DNA from: Ruminococcus albus 7 = DSM 20455
Lineage (GTDB): Bacteria; Bacillota; Clostridia; Oscillospirales; Ruminococcaceae
DNA length: 32,000 bases
Assembly: GCF_000179635.2 (NCBI RefSeq)
Contig: NC_014833.1
Coordinates: forward strand, 2,070,001 to 2,102,000
Direction of reading: 5' to 3'
The notes beneath the pieces are model-generated. The model was given only the letters and a program-made list of their open reading frames with translations, did not search any database and had not been told where the DNA came from. This document shows positions 17,484 through 26,443 of the stretch, piece after piece (the first letter of the stretch is position 1; every line of letters starts with the position of its first letter). A program made the translations under genes and the position numbers.

Positions 17484-17526
17484 AATATACCCGGAAACAG
17501 TTTTTGTTCCCGGGTATATTTTATTT
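17484..17526. terminator. Bidirectional rho-independent terminator between the 80-aa gene (+) and mutS2 (-)
   Basis: AATATACCCGGAAAC / GTTCCCGGGTATATT forms a 15-bp stem with one mismatch and a 7-nt loop. T-rich tracts flank both sides. The + strand U-tract overlaps the mutS2 stop codon. Confidence 0.8.
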
Positions 17527-19929
17527 AAGTTCTATGATGGTTACACCGTCTTCGCCCTCGCCGTATACTCCCGGTCTGTAGGATTTGACCGACGGATGTC
17601 TTCGCAGATGATTTCTCACAGCGTTTTTTAGTACTCCTGTACCGATGCCGTGAATGATAGTCACCATGCTGATACCTGACATTACACAGTTATCTATAAA
17701 GCTGTCCATCTCATGGATACCCTCATCACTTGCATAACCTCTTATATCAAGCTCTGTTGAGAAGCGCCTTGTCATACGGCTCTCAACGCCCTTGGTGGAT
17801 ACCCCGCGCTTTTTCTTTGTCTGTTGTTTCTGAGAAGTTTTTGCAGGCTGCTGTTTTTCAACAAGACGAAGTTTTTTGACATCTATCTTTGTCTTCATTA
17901 TGCCTGTCTGAACAAAGCACATACCCTTATCATCCGGAGGAGTTACTACGATGCCGTTGCGCTTGGTATCCGTAATTAGTACGGTATCGCCTTTTTTGAG
18001 GGGTCTTGGAAGAACATAGTCTTCGTCAGTCTGCTGAGTGACAGGGTTAGCTTCCAGATAAAGCTTATTCATTGTAGAACGCTGTTTCTGACGTGCATCA
18101 ATGGCTTTTTGTGTAAAACCGGTCTTTTCTTTTTCTTTTCGGAGTTTATCCAGTTCATCAACTAATGCCTGGGATTCCCTCTGAACTCTGTTAACTATAT
18201 CACTTGCCTGGCGTCTAGCTTTTTCAAGCTCGAACTCCTTTTCTTCCATGAACTTCTGTTTTTGTTCATCAAGTTCATTCCTTAGGCTTTCAGCTTCTTT
18301 TCTGTATTTTTCGGCAAGAAGATTATTTTCTTCAAGGCTTATCCTTGCCTTTTCAAGATCATCTATGATATGTTCAAAACGTCTGTTTTCTTCGGATATA
18401 AGAGATTTCGCATAATCTATTATATCATCGTCTATACCGAGATTCTTCGATATTGCAAATGCATTTGACTTGCCAGGTGAACCTATGACAAGCTTATAGG
18501 TAGGACGCATAGTATCAACATCAAATTCGCATGAAGCGTTTTCGACTCCGTCAGTATCAAGGGCATACATTTTGATCTCCTGATAATGAGTTGTTGTAAC
18601 GACTGTTGCGCCAACCTGTCTGAGTCTTTCGATTATGGATACTGCTAAGGCTGCACCTTCCACAGGGTCGGTTCCTGAGCCAAGTTCGTCTATCAGTACA
18701 AGACTTTCATGGTCAGCTTTGTCTATGATATCCTTGACTTTGCCCATATGGGATGAGAATGTTGAAAGACTCTGCTGAATGGATTGCCTGTCACCGATAT
18801 CTGCAAGAATATTTTTGTATACCGATATCTTACATCCATCAGATGCAGGTATCATCAGTCCGCACATAGTCATCAGCGTCAGTAAGCCGACAGTTTTCAG
18901 TGTAACTGTTTTACCGCCTGTGTTAGGTCCTGTTATAACAAGAACATTGTAGTCGGTACCAGATCGGAAATTTATCGGTACCACTTTGTTCTCGTCGATA
19001 AGAGGATGTCTTGCCTTATTTAGCACTATTATTCCATCGTCGGATATTTCAGGATCAACTGCTCTCATTTTTGCTGCAAGGTTAGCTTTTGCAAAATATA
19101 AGTCCAGCTTAACAGCGGCATCATAACTGGATTCTATCTGAGGCTGCATCATAGCGCATTCTTTGGAAAAATCCGTTAGTATACGGTGGATCTCATCCTG
19201 TTCCTTGCCTTGTAGTATCCTAACTTCGTTATTAGCTTCAACTACAGATATAGGTTCAATGAAAAGCGTTGAACCAGTTGCTGAAGTTCCATGTACCAGG
19301 CCGCCGACATTTCCTTTGAATTCTGTCTTGACAGGTACAACGAACCTTCCGTCGCGCATTGTTACGATAGATTCCTGAAGGTATTTCTGCGTTGACGGAG
19401 ATTTTATCATTTTATCAAGAGTCTCCCGTATTTTTAATCCTGCCTTGGCGATCTTGTTTCTTATCGATCTGAGCTCGGGGCTTGCATCATCAGAAAGATT
19501 TTCACTGTCTAGTATTGCAGTTTCAAGTCTCTGCCACAGCGACTTGTTAGGGAATAGCTGCTCAAACAGATATGAAAGGGGAGTGTTCTTGTCTTCGTTC
19601 TGGTCAAACCATCTGCAAAGCTCGTTAGTCTGACCAAGTACTTTTTTTATCTCCAGCAGTTCTCCCAGAGATAGTGTTCCGCCTGCCTTTGCTCTGTTCA
19701 GGCTTGCGGATACATTATTTATGCTATAAAAGGCAGGTGTACCATTTTTTATGGACATATTCAGTGCACTTGCTGTCTTCGCTACCTCAGTTCGCACTGT
19801 GTAAAGATCGTCTGATGGTCTCACAGCAAGAGCTGCCTGTCTGCTGTCCTTGCTTGAACAATGCTCTGAAAGCATTTCAAGAACTTTGTCAAGTTCAAGG
19901 ATCTCATGATTTATGTTTTCTAGTCCCAT
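17521..19929 (-). CDS. mutS2: Endonuclease MutS2 (MutS domain plus C-terminal Smr)
   Basis: 802 aa with Walker A GPNTGGKT and DELGSGTDP. A long coiled-coil linker precedes the C-terminal Smr domain (LDIRGY....TIIHGIGTGVLKNAVRNHL). Confidence 0.95.
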   Translation of the reverse strand: MGLENINHEILELDKVLEMLSEHCSSKDSRQAALAVRPSDDLYTVRTEVAKTASALNMSIKNGTPAFYSINNVSASLNRAKAGGTLSLGELLEIKKVLGQTNELCRWFDQNEDKNTPLSYLFEQLFPNKSLWQRLETAILDSENLSDDASPELRSIRNKIAKAGLKIRETLDKMIKSPSTQKYLQESIVTMRDGRFVVPVKTEFKGNVGGLVHGTSATGSTLFIEPISVVEANNEVRILQGKEQDEIHRILTDFSKECAMMQPQIESSYDAAVKLDLYFAKANLAAKMRAVDPEISDDGIIVLNKARHPLIDENKVVPINFRSGTDYNVLVITGPNTGGKTVTLKTVGLLTLMTMCGLMIPASDGCKISVYKNILADIGDRQSIQQSLSTFSSHMGKVKDIIDKADHESLVLIDELGSGTDPVEGAALAVSIIERLRQVGATVVTTTHYQEIKMYALDTDGVENASCEFDVDTMRPTYKLVIGSPGKSNAFAISKNLGIDDDIIDYAKSLISEENRRFEHIIDDLEKARISLEENNLLAEKYRKEAESLRNELDEQKQKFMEEKEFELEKARRQASDIVNRVQRESQALVDELDKLRKEKEKTGFTQKAIDARQKQRSTMNKLYLEANPVTQQTDEDYVLPRPLKKGDTVLITDTKRNGIVVTPPDDKGMCFVQTGIMKTKIDVKKLRLVEKQQPAKTSQKQQTKKKRGVSTKGVESRMTRRFSTELDIRGYASDEGIHEMDSFIDNCVMSGISMVTIIHGIGTGVLKNAVRNHLRRHPSVKSYRPGVYGEGEDGVTIIELK

Positions 19930-19943
19930 TTATGTAATTAACC

Positions 19944-20699
19944 TCATTTCAACATCTTATAAAAATCCAATGCACCGAATCTGCGGTTAAAATGATACCA
20001 CACGAACTTTTCTGTAAATTCGGTGAGTTTTTTCAGATATTTGTCACTTATCTTAAAGTAAAATAGTTTTTCGTATTCTGTCAGTGCGATGAAACGCACT
20101 ATGTAAAGAAGCTGTTTATCTAATATAATGGTGTGTACGCTGTCTGGGTTAGGACAGCAATCCTGGCATTCAAGTCTGTCTTCAAGATAATTGAAGTGCA
20201 TCTTATCGTCTTCGTACTTGAAACAAAATGCACAGCCCACAAGCTTAGGACGCATACCTAACTCGCACAGAAGTCTGAATTCAAACACGCATTTCAGCAG
20301 ATCTGTTTCCATCTTATCTTCATCTAAAAAGTAAAGGGTATTAAGTGCCAGCCGCATGACCTCAGCACAGTTCTGTCCCTCTGTTCCCGAATAGATCAGT
20401 AACTCGGAAAAATAAGATGCAAGAGCGACCTTAGCCGCATCCAGTCTTATATTATAAAACAGCTTGACAGGCTCGCTGCTGTTTAAATAGCGGCTGACCT
20501 GTCCTTTGGCGTTCTTTTTTTCTTCAAAGCATAGCTCGGAGTAACTGAATGATTGCGTAGCAGATGTAGTCTTTGAACTTTTTCTGCCGCCGCGAACATA
20601 GATGTAAATAACGCCCATCTCAGCGGTAAGTACGCATATCGACTTACTTGATTCACCGCTGTCTGTTTCCTTCAGAACAAGTCCTTTAAGGGTCGTCAT
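19944..20699 (-). CDS. recO: DNA repair protein RecO
   Basis: The N-terminal OB-fold start MTTLKGLVLKETDSGESSK.. is typical of RecO. A Cys-rich zinc module is present (C..C..C.DC). I chose ATG 20699, with AAAGGA 9 nt upstream. ATGs at 20705 and 20708 are equally possible. The track's 20825 start adds 42 residues that do not look like RecO. Confidence 0.85.
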   Translation of the reverse strand: MTTLKGLVLKETDSGESSKSICVLTAEMGVIYIYVRGGRKSSKTTSATQSFSYSELCFEEKKNAKGQVSRYLNSSEPVKLFYNIRLDAAKVALASYFSELLIYSGTEGQNCAEVMRLALNTLYFLDEDKMETDLLKCVFEFRLLCELGMRPKLVGCAFCFKYEDDKMHFNYLEDRLECQDCCPNPDSVHTIILDKQLLYIVRFIALTEYEKLFYFKISDKYLKKLTEFTEKFVWYHFNRRFGALDFYKMLK

Positions 20700-20850
20700 T
20701 ATCATCATTCCTTTCATTCCTTGCATAAGCAAGATAATCCTCGATCTTCCCGCTTTTAAGAAATCTGTTCCATAGTTCCAAAACCGCTCACCGTCCTTTG
20801 AAGATATATTACCCTCAAACAACATAAATATAAGCGGTAGATATTTCCTG

Positions 20851-21747
20851 TCAGGATAATCCGAAATTCTTGATCATTCCCTCGCGGTTGCGCCAACCCT
20901 CTTTTACCTTGACCCAGCACTGAAGGTTTACCTTTATCTGAAAAAAGTCTTCAAGATCTCGCCTTGCATCCTGACCGATCTTTCTCAGCATCGAACCGCC
21001 CTTGCCTATGATTATTCCCTTATGTGATTCTCTTTCACAGAATATAGTTGCTGTGATATCCAATATAGCTTCTCCGTTTCTGTCTTCACGTTCTCCAAGC
21101 TGTTCGATAGTAACAGCAACTCCGTGAGGAACTTCATCATTTAGATTTCTCAGAGCTTTTTCACGGATCATTTCAGCCATTATTACTTTCTCAGGCTGAT
21201 CTGTGAACTTGTCATCCGGGAAGTAATGAGGACCTTCTGCCGCATTTTTTTCAAGTATATCCATTATTATATCCAGCCCGTCATTTCCGACTACGCTTAT
21301 GGGAACCACCTCAGCAAAATCATAGAGAGCAGAATACTCGGAAAGCTTCACAATGACATCCTCTTTATTATCAAGTAGATCTATCTTGTTAAGTGCTAGT
21401 ATAACCTTGCTTTTACCGCCTTTGAAGCTTTCGATCAGGCTTTTTTCGTTGTCGGATATCTTTTTTGTGCAATCACACATAAATATTATCATATCAACGC
21501 CTGTGATAGTTTCATTTACAGTATTTACCATATGCTCGCTGAGCTTGTTCTTTGCTTTGTGCATACCGGGGGTATCCATGAAAACGAATTGTGTTTCACC
21601 TTTTGTCAGTACACCCGTTATCTTTGTTCTTGTAGTCTGCGGCTTGTCGCTCACTGCCGCGATCTTTTCACCGACAAGAGCGTTCAGCAGGGAAGATTTA
21701 CCTGCATTTGCTCTGCCTGCTATGGTAACAAAAATATTCTTTGTCAT
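20851..21747 (-). CDS. era: GTPase Era
   Basis: G1 GRANAGKSSL, G3 DTPG, G4 NKID and a C-terminal KH domain (GIIIGKGGSMLRKIG). Confidence 0.95.
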   Translation of the reverse strand: MTKNIFVTIAGRANAGKSSLLNALVGEKIAAVSDKPQTTRTKITGVLTKGETQFVFMDTPGMHKAKNKLSEHMVNTVNETITGVDMIIFMCDCTKKISDNEKSLIESFKGGKSKVILALNKIDLLDNKEDVIVKLSEYSALYDFAEVVPISVVGNDGLDIIMDILEKNAAEGPHYFPDDKFTDQPEKVIMAEMIREKALRNLNDEVPHGVAVTIEQLGEREDRNGEAILDITATIFCERESHKGIIIGKGGSMLRKIGQDARRDLEDFFQIKVNLQCWVKVKEGWRNREGMIKNFGLS

Positions 21748-21751
21748 TTTA

Positions 21752-22216
21752 CTATCCCTTTACTTTCTTGGTCATTTTATCCCAGCACAGATAATCACCG
21801 TTATCTGTAATAACAGTGTTATATTCTGTTTCTGTGTATCCTCTTTTAAGATAAATCTTTTTCGCCGCAAGTGATGCGTCGAGAATAATTTCAGTGTATT
21901 TTCTGCTTATCATTTCTTCTGCAAAGTCAAGAAGGGCCTTTCCAAAGCCTTTTCCCTGAAATTCGGGTAGTACGAACAATCTGCCGATATCATTTTCTTT
22001 TATTGTCACAGTTCCAACTATATTACCAAGATCGTCAATGCAGATAAATGTTCTGTGCCTGAGGATATCCTCGGCTATTTTTTGATCGCTGTGATATTTA
22101 AGAAAATAATCGACTGCTCCCGCAGGATAATACCTTGGATAAATAGTCCTTATCGTATTGCAGGTTATATCCCTTACAGTGCATAGATCTGCAGAAGACG
22201 CTTCTTTTATTTCCAT
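21752..22216 (-). CDS. GNAT-family N-acetyltransferase
   Basis: Acetyl-CoA motif A is RLFVLPEFQGKGFGKALL. The start MEIKEASSADL.. at ATG 22216 has GAAGGGA 5 nt upstream. The track's TTG 22267 would add 17 residues that do not look like GNAT. Confidence 0.85.
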   Translation of the reverse strand: MEIKEASSADLCTVRDITCNTIRTIYPRYYPAGAVDYFLKYHSDQKIAEDILRHRTFICIDDLGNIVGTVTIKENDIGRLFVLPEFQGKGFGKALLDFAEEMISRKYTEIILDASLAAKKIYLKRGYTETEYNTVITDNGDYLCWDKMTKKVKG

Positions 22217-22263
22217 AAGTATCCCTTCTGTACCGTCATAAAAAGCAGTGATGTGATTAAGTA

Positions 22264-22800
22264 TCAAATACTTCTGCTTTCCATAAGTTCTTTTGCACGC
22301 ATGAGTACAGGCAACTCTCTTGCCGCTATAAGCCGTCCTATTTTTGTGCAGCTCCTGTTTTTGTATTCATCAACTGCTTCATCAAAACTTTGTTTCATAG
22401 TTGAAAGGTGAAAATCTGATATCTCCTGATCAGTCAGATGATTCGCACCAAAACTTTTCACTTTACAAAGATAATAATTATTTATGTTATGTCTGTGGAT
22501 AAGATTGTAGTAGTCCCTTACTATACCGATCTTGCAAATAATATCAACTTTTGCGCCAAGTTCTTCACGAAGTTCTCTTAGTACGGCGTCTTCCGGAGAT
22601 TCGTCATCCTCGATACCGCCGCCTGAAGTTTCAATAAGTACAGCTTTTCCGAAATCATCATTCCTTTGTGCTCTTACAAAGTAGAAGTGACCGTCTTCAT
22701 CAAAAACAATTGCTCTTGCTATCGGTCTGTCGTGGTCGGTGTATTCATATACCCATTCGTTATCTTGCAGATCCAGTATTAATTCGTTGTTATCAGTCAT
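22264..22800 (-). CDS. NUDIX hydrolase
   Basis: A complete Nudix box is present: GGGIEDDESPEDAVLRELREELGA (G-x5-E-x7-REUxEExGU). ATG 22800 overlaps the dgkA stop (ATGA at 22797-22800). The 62-codon upstream extension in the track overlaps dgkA and is Cys/Arg-rich. Confidence 0.85.
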   Translation of the reverse strand: MTDNNELILDLQDNEWVYEYTDHDRPIARAIVFDEDGHFYFVRAQRNDDFGKAVLIETSGGGIEDDESPEDAVLRELREELGAKVDIICKIGIVRDYYNLIHRHNINNYYLCKVKSFGANHLTDQEISDFHLSTMKQSFDEAVDEYKNRSCTKIGRLIAARELPVLMRAKELMESRSI

Positions 22801-23273
22801 TGTTTCTTCTCCCGAAAACAGATAAATACCCACCAGAACCACAAAGCTACATACATTACAGCAGCCGGGATAAGTGCAGGGGTATCGACAAAACTGCCTA
22901 AGATAAAAAGTATTCTTTTTCCGAAGACTATTGCAGCAACTCCTACAGCTGCAAGGCAGAATATAAGTACCGCTCCTGCAGCGCAATCCTTAGCTGCTTT
23001 TGCATTAGCTGACCGTTCACCTTTACTGGCGAGGTCAACTGTGCTTTCAATGGCTGTGTTTACACATTCAAGTGCCATAACTCCGCCAATAGTCAGTATC
23101 AAAGCCAGCTGTTCTCCGCTGCTTATATCACATATTATAGATAGAACTGCAACAGCGCACGCAGCACCCATATGGAATCTCATATTCCTCTGTGTACGTA
23201 TACAGTGCACTATACCGCTTGCGGCATAAACGAAGCTTTTACAGAATTTCTTCAGTTCAGTCTTTATGCTCAT
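22797..23273 (-). CDS. dgkA: Diacylglycerol/undecaprenol kinase (DgkA family) with an extra C-terminal TM segment
   Basis: DAGK_prokar motifs are present: QRNMRFH, ECVNTAIESTVDL and AAKDCAAGAVL. The likely start is MSIKTELKKF (ATG 23273), which overlaps the ybeY end by 17 nt. Confidence 0.85.
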   Translation of the reverse strand: MSIKTELKKFCKSFVYAASGIVHCIRTQRNMRFHMGAACAVAVLSIICDISSGEQLALILTIGGVMALECVNTAIESTVDLASKGERSANAKAAKDCAAGAVLIFCLAAVGVAAIVFGKRILFILGSFVDTPALIPAAVMYVALWFWWVFICFREKKQ

Positions 23274-23769
23274 GCTCCTCAACAAAGGTCTCATCTCTTG
23301 AAATCCCCAGCTGTGCAAGTATAGCTTCTTCTTTTTCTCTCATTATACGCTCCTGAAGGCTGCTTTCTTCATGGTCGTAGCCCAGCAGATGTAGCATGGA
23401 GTGTACAGTCAGGAATCCAACCTCACGTTCCAGTGAATGACCGTAGACCTGAGCCTGTCTTGTTGCTGTTTCCAGGCTGATTACGATATCGCCGAGCAGA
23501 CAGGCACCGGATTCGTAGTTTACATCGTATTCTCCATTCTCACCGAGAGGAAAACTCAAAACATCAGTAGGTCTGTCGATGTCTCTGTGCTCCTTGTTGA
23601 GCTCATGTATCTGCTTATCATTTACAAAGGATACAGAAACTTCTGCATCTTTTCCGAATTCCTCATATTCCAGTACAGCGTGACAGCAGCGTCTTACGAG
23701 CATCCTTATGCCAACCGGTATCTTAACTTCTGTCTGATTATTGGTGATCATTACCTTGACTTTGTCCAT
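23257..23769 (-). CDS. ybeY: Endoribonuclease YbeY (rRNA maturation)
   Basis: Metal-binding motif HSMLHLLGYDH, plus TDVLSFP. The start is ambiguous (ATG 23781, 23769 or 23751). All candidates overlap the phoH 3' end. Confidence 0.9.
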   Translation of the reverse strand: MDKVKVMITNNQTEVKIPVGIRMLVRRCCHAVLEYEEFGKDAEVSVSFVNDKQIHELNKEHRDIDRPTDVLSFPLGENGEYDVNYESGACLLGDIVISLETATRQAQVYGHSLEREVGFLTVHSMLHLLGYDHEESSLQERIMREKEEAILAQLGISRDETFVEEHEHKD

Positions 23770-24733
23770 TGTACTTCCCATTCCTTTTTGAATATTTTTC
23801 GTATGCCAGGATAATATCCTGTACCAGTTTATGTCTGACTACATCCTTATCGGAGAATCTGTTTATTTTTATATCTTCAACGTCTTTAAGAACGTGCATT
23901 GCTTGTATCAGTCCCGATTTTCTGTTATCGGGCAGATCTATCTGTGTTATGTCACCTGTTATTACTATCTTTGAATTGAATCCCAGTCGCGTCAGGAACA
24001 TCTTCATTTGTTCATTTGTTGTATTCTGAGCTTCATCAAGTATTATAAATGCATTATCGAGCGTTCTTCCTCTCATGTATGCCAGCGGTGCAACTTCGAT
24101 ACATCCGCGCTCCTGCTGCCTTGCAAAGGATTCAGGTCCAAGCATTTCAAAAAGTGCATCATAAAGAGGTCTTAGATAAGGATCAACTTTGTTTTGAAGA
24201 TCTCCAGGGAGAAAACCCAGCTTCTCTCCAGCCTCTACCGCAGGTCTTGTCAGTATTATCTTTTCGACCTCGTGAGCCTTGAACGCCTTGACAGCCATGG
24301 CGACCGCGAGATAGGTCTTTCCGGTACCTGCAGGTCCTATTCCCAGTACTATCGTGTTTTTTCGTATAAAGTCTACATAACGTTTCTGACCCAGAGTTTT
24401 GGGCTTTATGACCTTGCCTGTTATTGTAACGCAAATTCCGTCATCACTGAGATTATTCAGTTCATACTGTCTTCCTTCACGTACCAGAGCGAACACATAA
24501 CGTATACTTTGTTCGTTGAGTTTTTCGCCTTTGTTGATCATGGTTATTAGTCCGTTGATAGCTTCACAGGCATTGAACACTCCCTGCTCGTCACCGGTGA
24601 TTTTTATATCTTCTCCGCGTCCCAGCACTGCAACGCCATACTCACGCTGAATCAGGTTTACATTTTCATCGTAACTTCCGAACAGACTGAGCATTGTTTC
24701 CATGCTGTCAACGCTGATTAATTTTTCTGCCAT
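23738..24733 (-). CDS. phoH: PhoH-family ATPase (PhoH/YbeZ-like)
   Basis: Walker A GPAGTGKTY, Walker B FIILDEAQN and ITGDITQIDL. ATG 24733 (MAEKLISV..) lies 9 nt after GGAG. The track's 24751 start is 6 codons longer. Confidence 0.92.
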   Translation of the reverse strand: MAEKLISVDSMETMLSLFGSYDENVNLIQREYGVAVLGRGEDIKITGDEQGVFNACEAINGLITMINKGEKLNEQSIRYVFALVREGRQYELNNLSDDGICVTITGKVIKPKTLGQKRYVDFIRKNTIVLGIGPAGTGKTYLAVAMAVKAFKAHEVEKIILTRPAVEAGEKLGFLPGDLQNKVDPYLRPLYDALFEMLGPESFARQQERGCIEVAPLAYMRGRTLDNAFIILDEAQNTTNEQMKMFLTRLGFNSKIVITGDITQIDLPDNRKSGLIQAMHVLKDVEDIKINRFSDKDVVRHKLVQDIILAYEKYSKRNGKYNGQSQGNDHQ

Positions 24734-24768
24734 TAGATACACTCCGCTCAATTTTACATTCTTGAATC

Positions 24769-24797
24769 ATTATACCACATTCTAAAATGGAATGCAA
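24769..24797 (-). promoter_or_regulatory. Sigma-A-type promoter for the phoH-ybeY-dgkA... operon
   Basis: On the minus strand it reads TTGCAT (24797-24792), 17 nt, then TGgTATAAT (-10 at 24774-24769). It lies about 35 nt upstream of ATG 24733. Confidence 0.6.
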
Positions 24798-24835
24798 CAA
24801 AAAAAATCAAATTTTTAATTAAATGCAACAAAAAA
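24791..24835. repeat. Perfect 14-bp direct repeat AATGCAACAAAAAA, two copies, 31 bp start-to-start
   Basis: The copies are at 24791-24804 and 24822-24835. On the minus strand they read TTTTTTGTTGCATT. Copy 1 contains the predicted phoH -35 hexamer. Copy 2 lies 2 nt downstream of the yqfD stop. Confidence 0.9.
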
Positions 24836-24837
24836 TA

Positions 24838-26088
24838 TCAATAATTTTCACTATCTTGCACATTTTCCTTTTTGTGTGTATTAGATTCGTGAATAATATA
24901 TTTCGGTATAAAGAAATCACTTTCCCTGCACAAGTCGCCGTAGAGTTCATAAGTGACTGTCAGTCTTATCCCGTTGCTGTATTTGCTGCTTTCAGCTCTT
25001 CTTCCTTTTATCTCATAATTGTCAAGAAAATTTTGTTCATACCTGAAAGCTGATTTTTCAGCCCTTGATAATGCTTCATCTTCTTCAAGCACCTGACTTC
25101 TTATATCATATTCATTCAGTCTTATTTCAGACACACCAACAGGTATCATAAATCCACCTATCTCGGGAAAGTGTCTCATTTCTTTCTCGGCTTCAAAATA
25201 TCCATCCGGGATCTTACCGAATAGAGGGATTTTTGCGCTGAGTATCTCAAGATAATGAAGCTTTTTCTTCTTGCCGGTCATTACTTTCTTTTCAGTATCG
25301 TACGGCTGTTCAAATACCATAGTTCTTGTGAAGGTGCCGCGTATCTTACCAATGCTTCTGACATATCTGGTATTTGAATCTGAAATATCATCATGTTCAG
25401 TATGCTTTCTATCATCAGTTACTATTTTTCCGCTTACAACTATCTCGCCTTTTGTTACACCGCTTCCGAGACATTTCATAAGTTGTCCATCGATGAGTTC
25501 TATCTCTTCTATAATACCATCTTCACAAGCAACCAGATGACATGGCATACCTACAGTGATTCCCCTGTCTGATCTTATATTCTCTATAACATCTATTGCT
25601 ATACCTGATCCTGTACGGCTTATGCCGACCCATGAAATATCATCTATCTGTCGTTTCAGTGATCTTTCTTCAAGCACCAGGTCAATATCAGGAAGATAAG
25701 CTCCAGGTTTTACTCCATCAGTATCAAGTACATCCATTACTTTACCATATATAGCAGGATCATCTGTGTCTACGGTTATAGTAAGTATCACGTTTGAATA
25801 ATATGCCATAAGTAAAGCAGATAGTAAGGCTCCGAATATCAGTCCCGGTCTTGTATATAGAGATTTGTAAAATCTCAGCATACCGTGTATAGCAGTTTTA
25901 CATGGTTTATAACCCTCGAGATGACACATCTTTTCAAAACGAAAACTATGTTCAAAAGAGATCGTTATTTTCAGGCAGCCATTTTCTTCATGTAGATCTG
26001 AATATATCATTTTCTCCTTAGTCAACCTATTCAGCAGCCTAGCATAATCTACGTCACGGATCATGTAATCAATGCTTCCCAGAGTCAT
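24838..26088 (-). CDS. yqfD: Sporulation protein YqfD (stage IV-type, single-TM)
   Basis: 416 aa with one central TM (GLIFGALLSALLMAYYSNVILTI). The overall layout matches YqfD, and it lies immediately downstream of a yqfC-like gene and upstream of phoH, as in B. subtilis. GGAGAG lies 6 nt upstream of ATG 26088. Confidence 0.75.
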   Translation of the reverse strand: MTLGSIDYMIRDVDYARLLNRLTKEKMIYSDLHEENGCLKITISFEHSFRFEKMCHLEGYKPCKTAIHGMLRFYKSLYTRPGLIFGALLSALLMAYYSNVILTITVDTDDPAIYGKVMDVLDTDGVKPGAYLPDIDLVLEERSLKRQIDDISWVGISRTGSGIAIDVIENIRSDRGITVGMPCHLVACEDGIIEEIELIDGQLMKCLGSGVTKGEIVVSGKIVTDDRKHTEHDDISDSNTRYVRSIGKIRGTFTRTMVFEQPYDTEKKVMTGKKKKLHYLEILSAKIPLFGKIPDGYFEAEKEMRHFPEIGGFMIPVGVSEIRLNEYDIRSQVLEEDEALSRAEKSAFRYEQNFLDNYEIKGRRAESSKYSNGIRLTVTYELYGDLCRESDFFIPKYIIHESNTHKKENVQDSENY

Positions 26089-26368
26089 TATTATCTCTCC
26101 TTGTCTTTTGTGATATCAGCCTTATCTGTTCGATAGTTCCGCAGACTTTAACGCTGTTTTCTGAATATGAACTAAGCATAAGATCATTTCCCCATAGTTC
26201 CACCTCGAAATTACTTGTCAGTATCCTGACACAGACATCAGTACATTCGCAGATCTGTCGGCAGTTTTCAACTAAAGCGGAAGTGTTGTCATTGATCTGT
26301 ATATATGATCGCAGACATTTTAGTTCGCGGGTCTTTCCTATAAAACTCACAACAGGTGAAATTGCCAT
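26069..26368 (-). CDS. yqfC: Sporulation protein YqfC-like
   Basis: About 99 aa and soluble. Its pattern (..LVENCRQICECTDVCVRILTSNFEVELWGNDLMLSSYSENSVKVCGTIEQI..) matches the YqfC repeat-like beta pattern. GAGGAGGG lies 6 nt upstream of ATG 26368. It overlaps yqfD by 20 nt. Confidence 0.65.
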   Translation of the reverse strand: MAISPVVSFIGKTRELKCLRSYIQINDNTSALVENCRQICECTDVCVRILTSNFEVELWGNDLMLSSYSENSVKVCGTIEQIRLISQKTRRDNNDSGKH

Positions 26369-26443
26369 GATCAGCCCTCCTCTCATCACCTATATTATAT
26401 TACACTTGGCTTTTGCATATACTTGATTCGGAGGTAATGATCT

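Noticed and set aside
21353-21874. 173-aa plus-strand ORF across era and the GNAT gene
   Set aside because: It is antisense to era, which has G1-G4 and KH motifs. It looks hydrophobic only because it is the complement of charged codons.
22494-22502. Perfect DnaA-box 9-mer (TGTGGATAA, reverse complement of TTATCCACA)
   Set aside because: It is a single copy inside the NUDIX coding sequence. About 0.2-0.3 occurrences are expected by chance in 32 kb. There is no cluster, no AT-rich unwinding element and no dnaA/dnaN nearby, so it is not an origin.
22801-22986. 62-codon N-terminal extension of the NUDIX ORF as given in the track
   Set aside because: The extension overlaps the dgkA coding region and is Cys/Arg-rich with no NUDIX homology pattern. 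The internal ATG at 22800 forms an ATGA stop/start overlap with dgkA. The protein from there begins just upstream of the Nudix fold.
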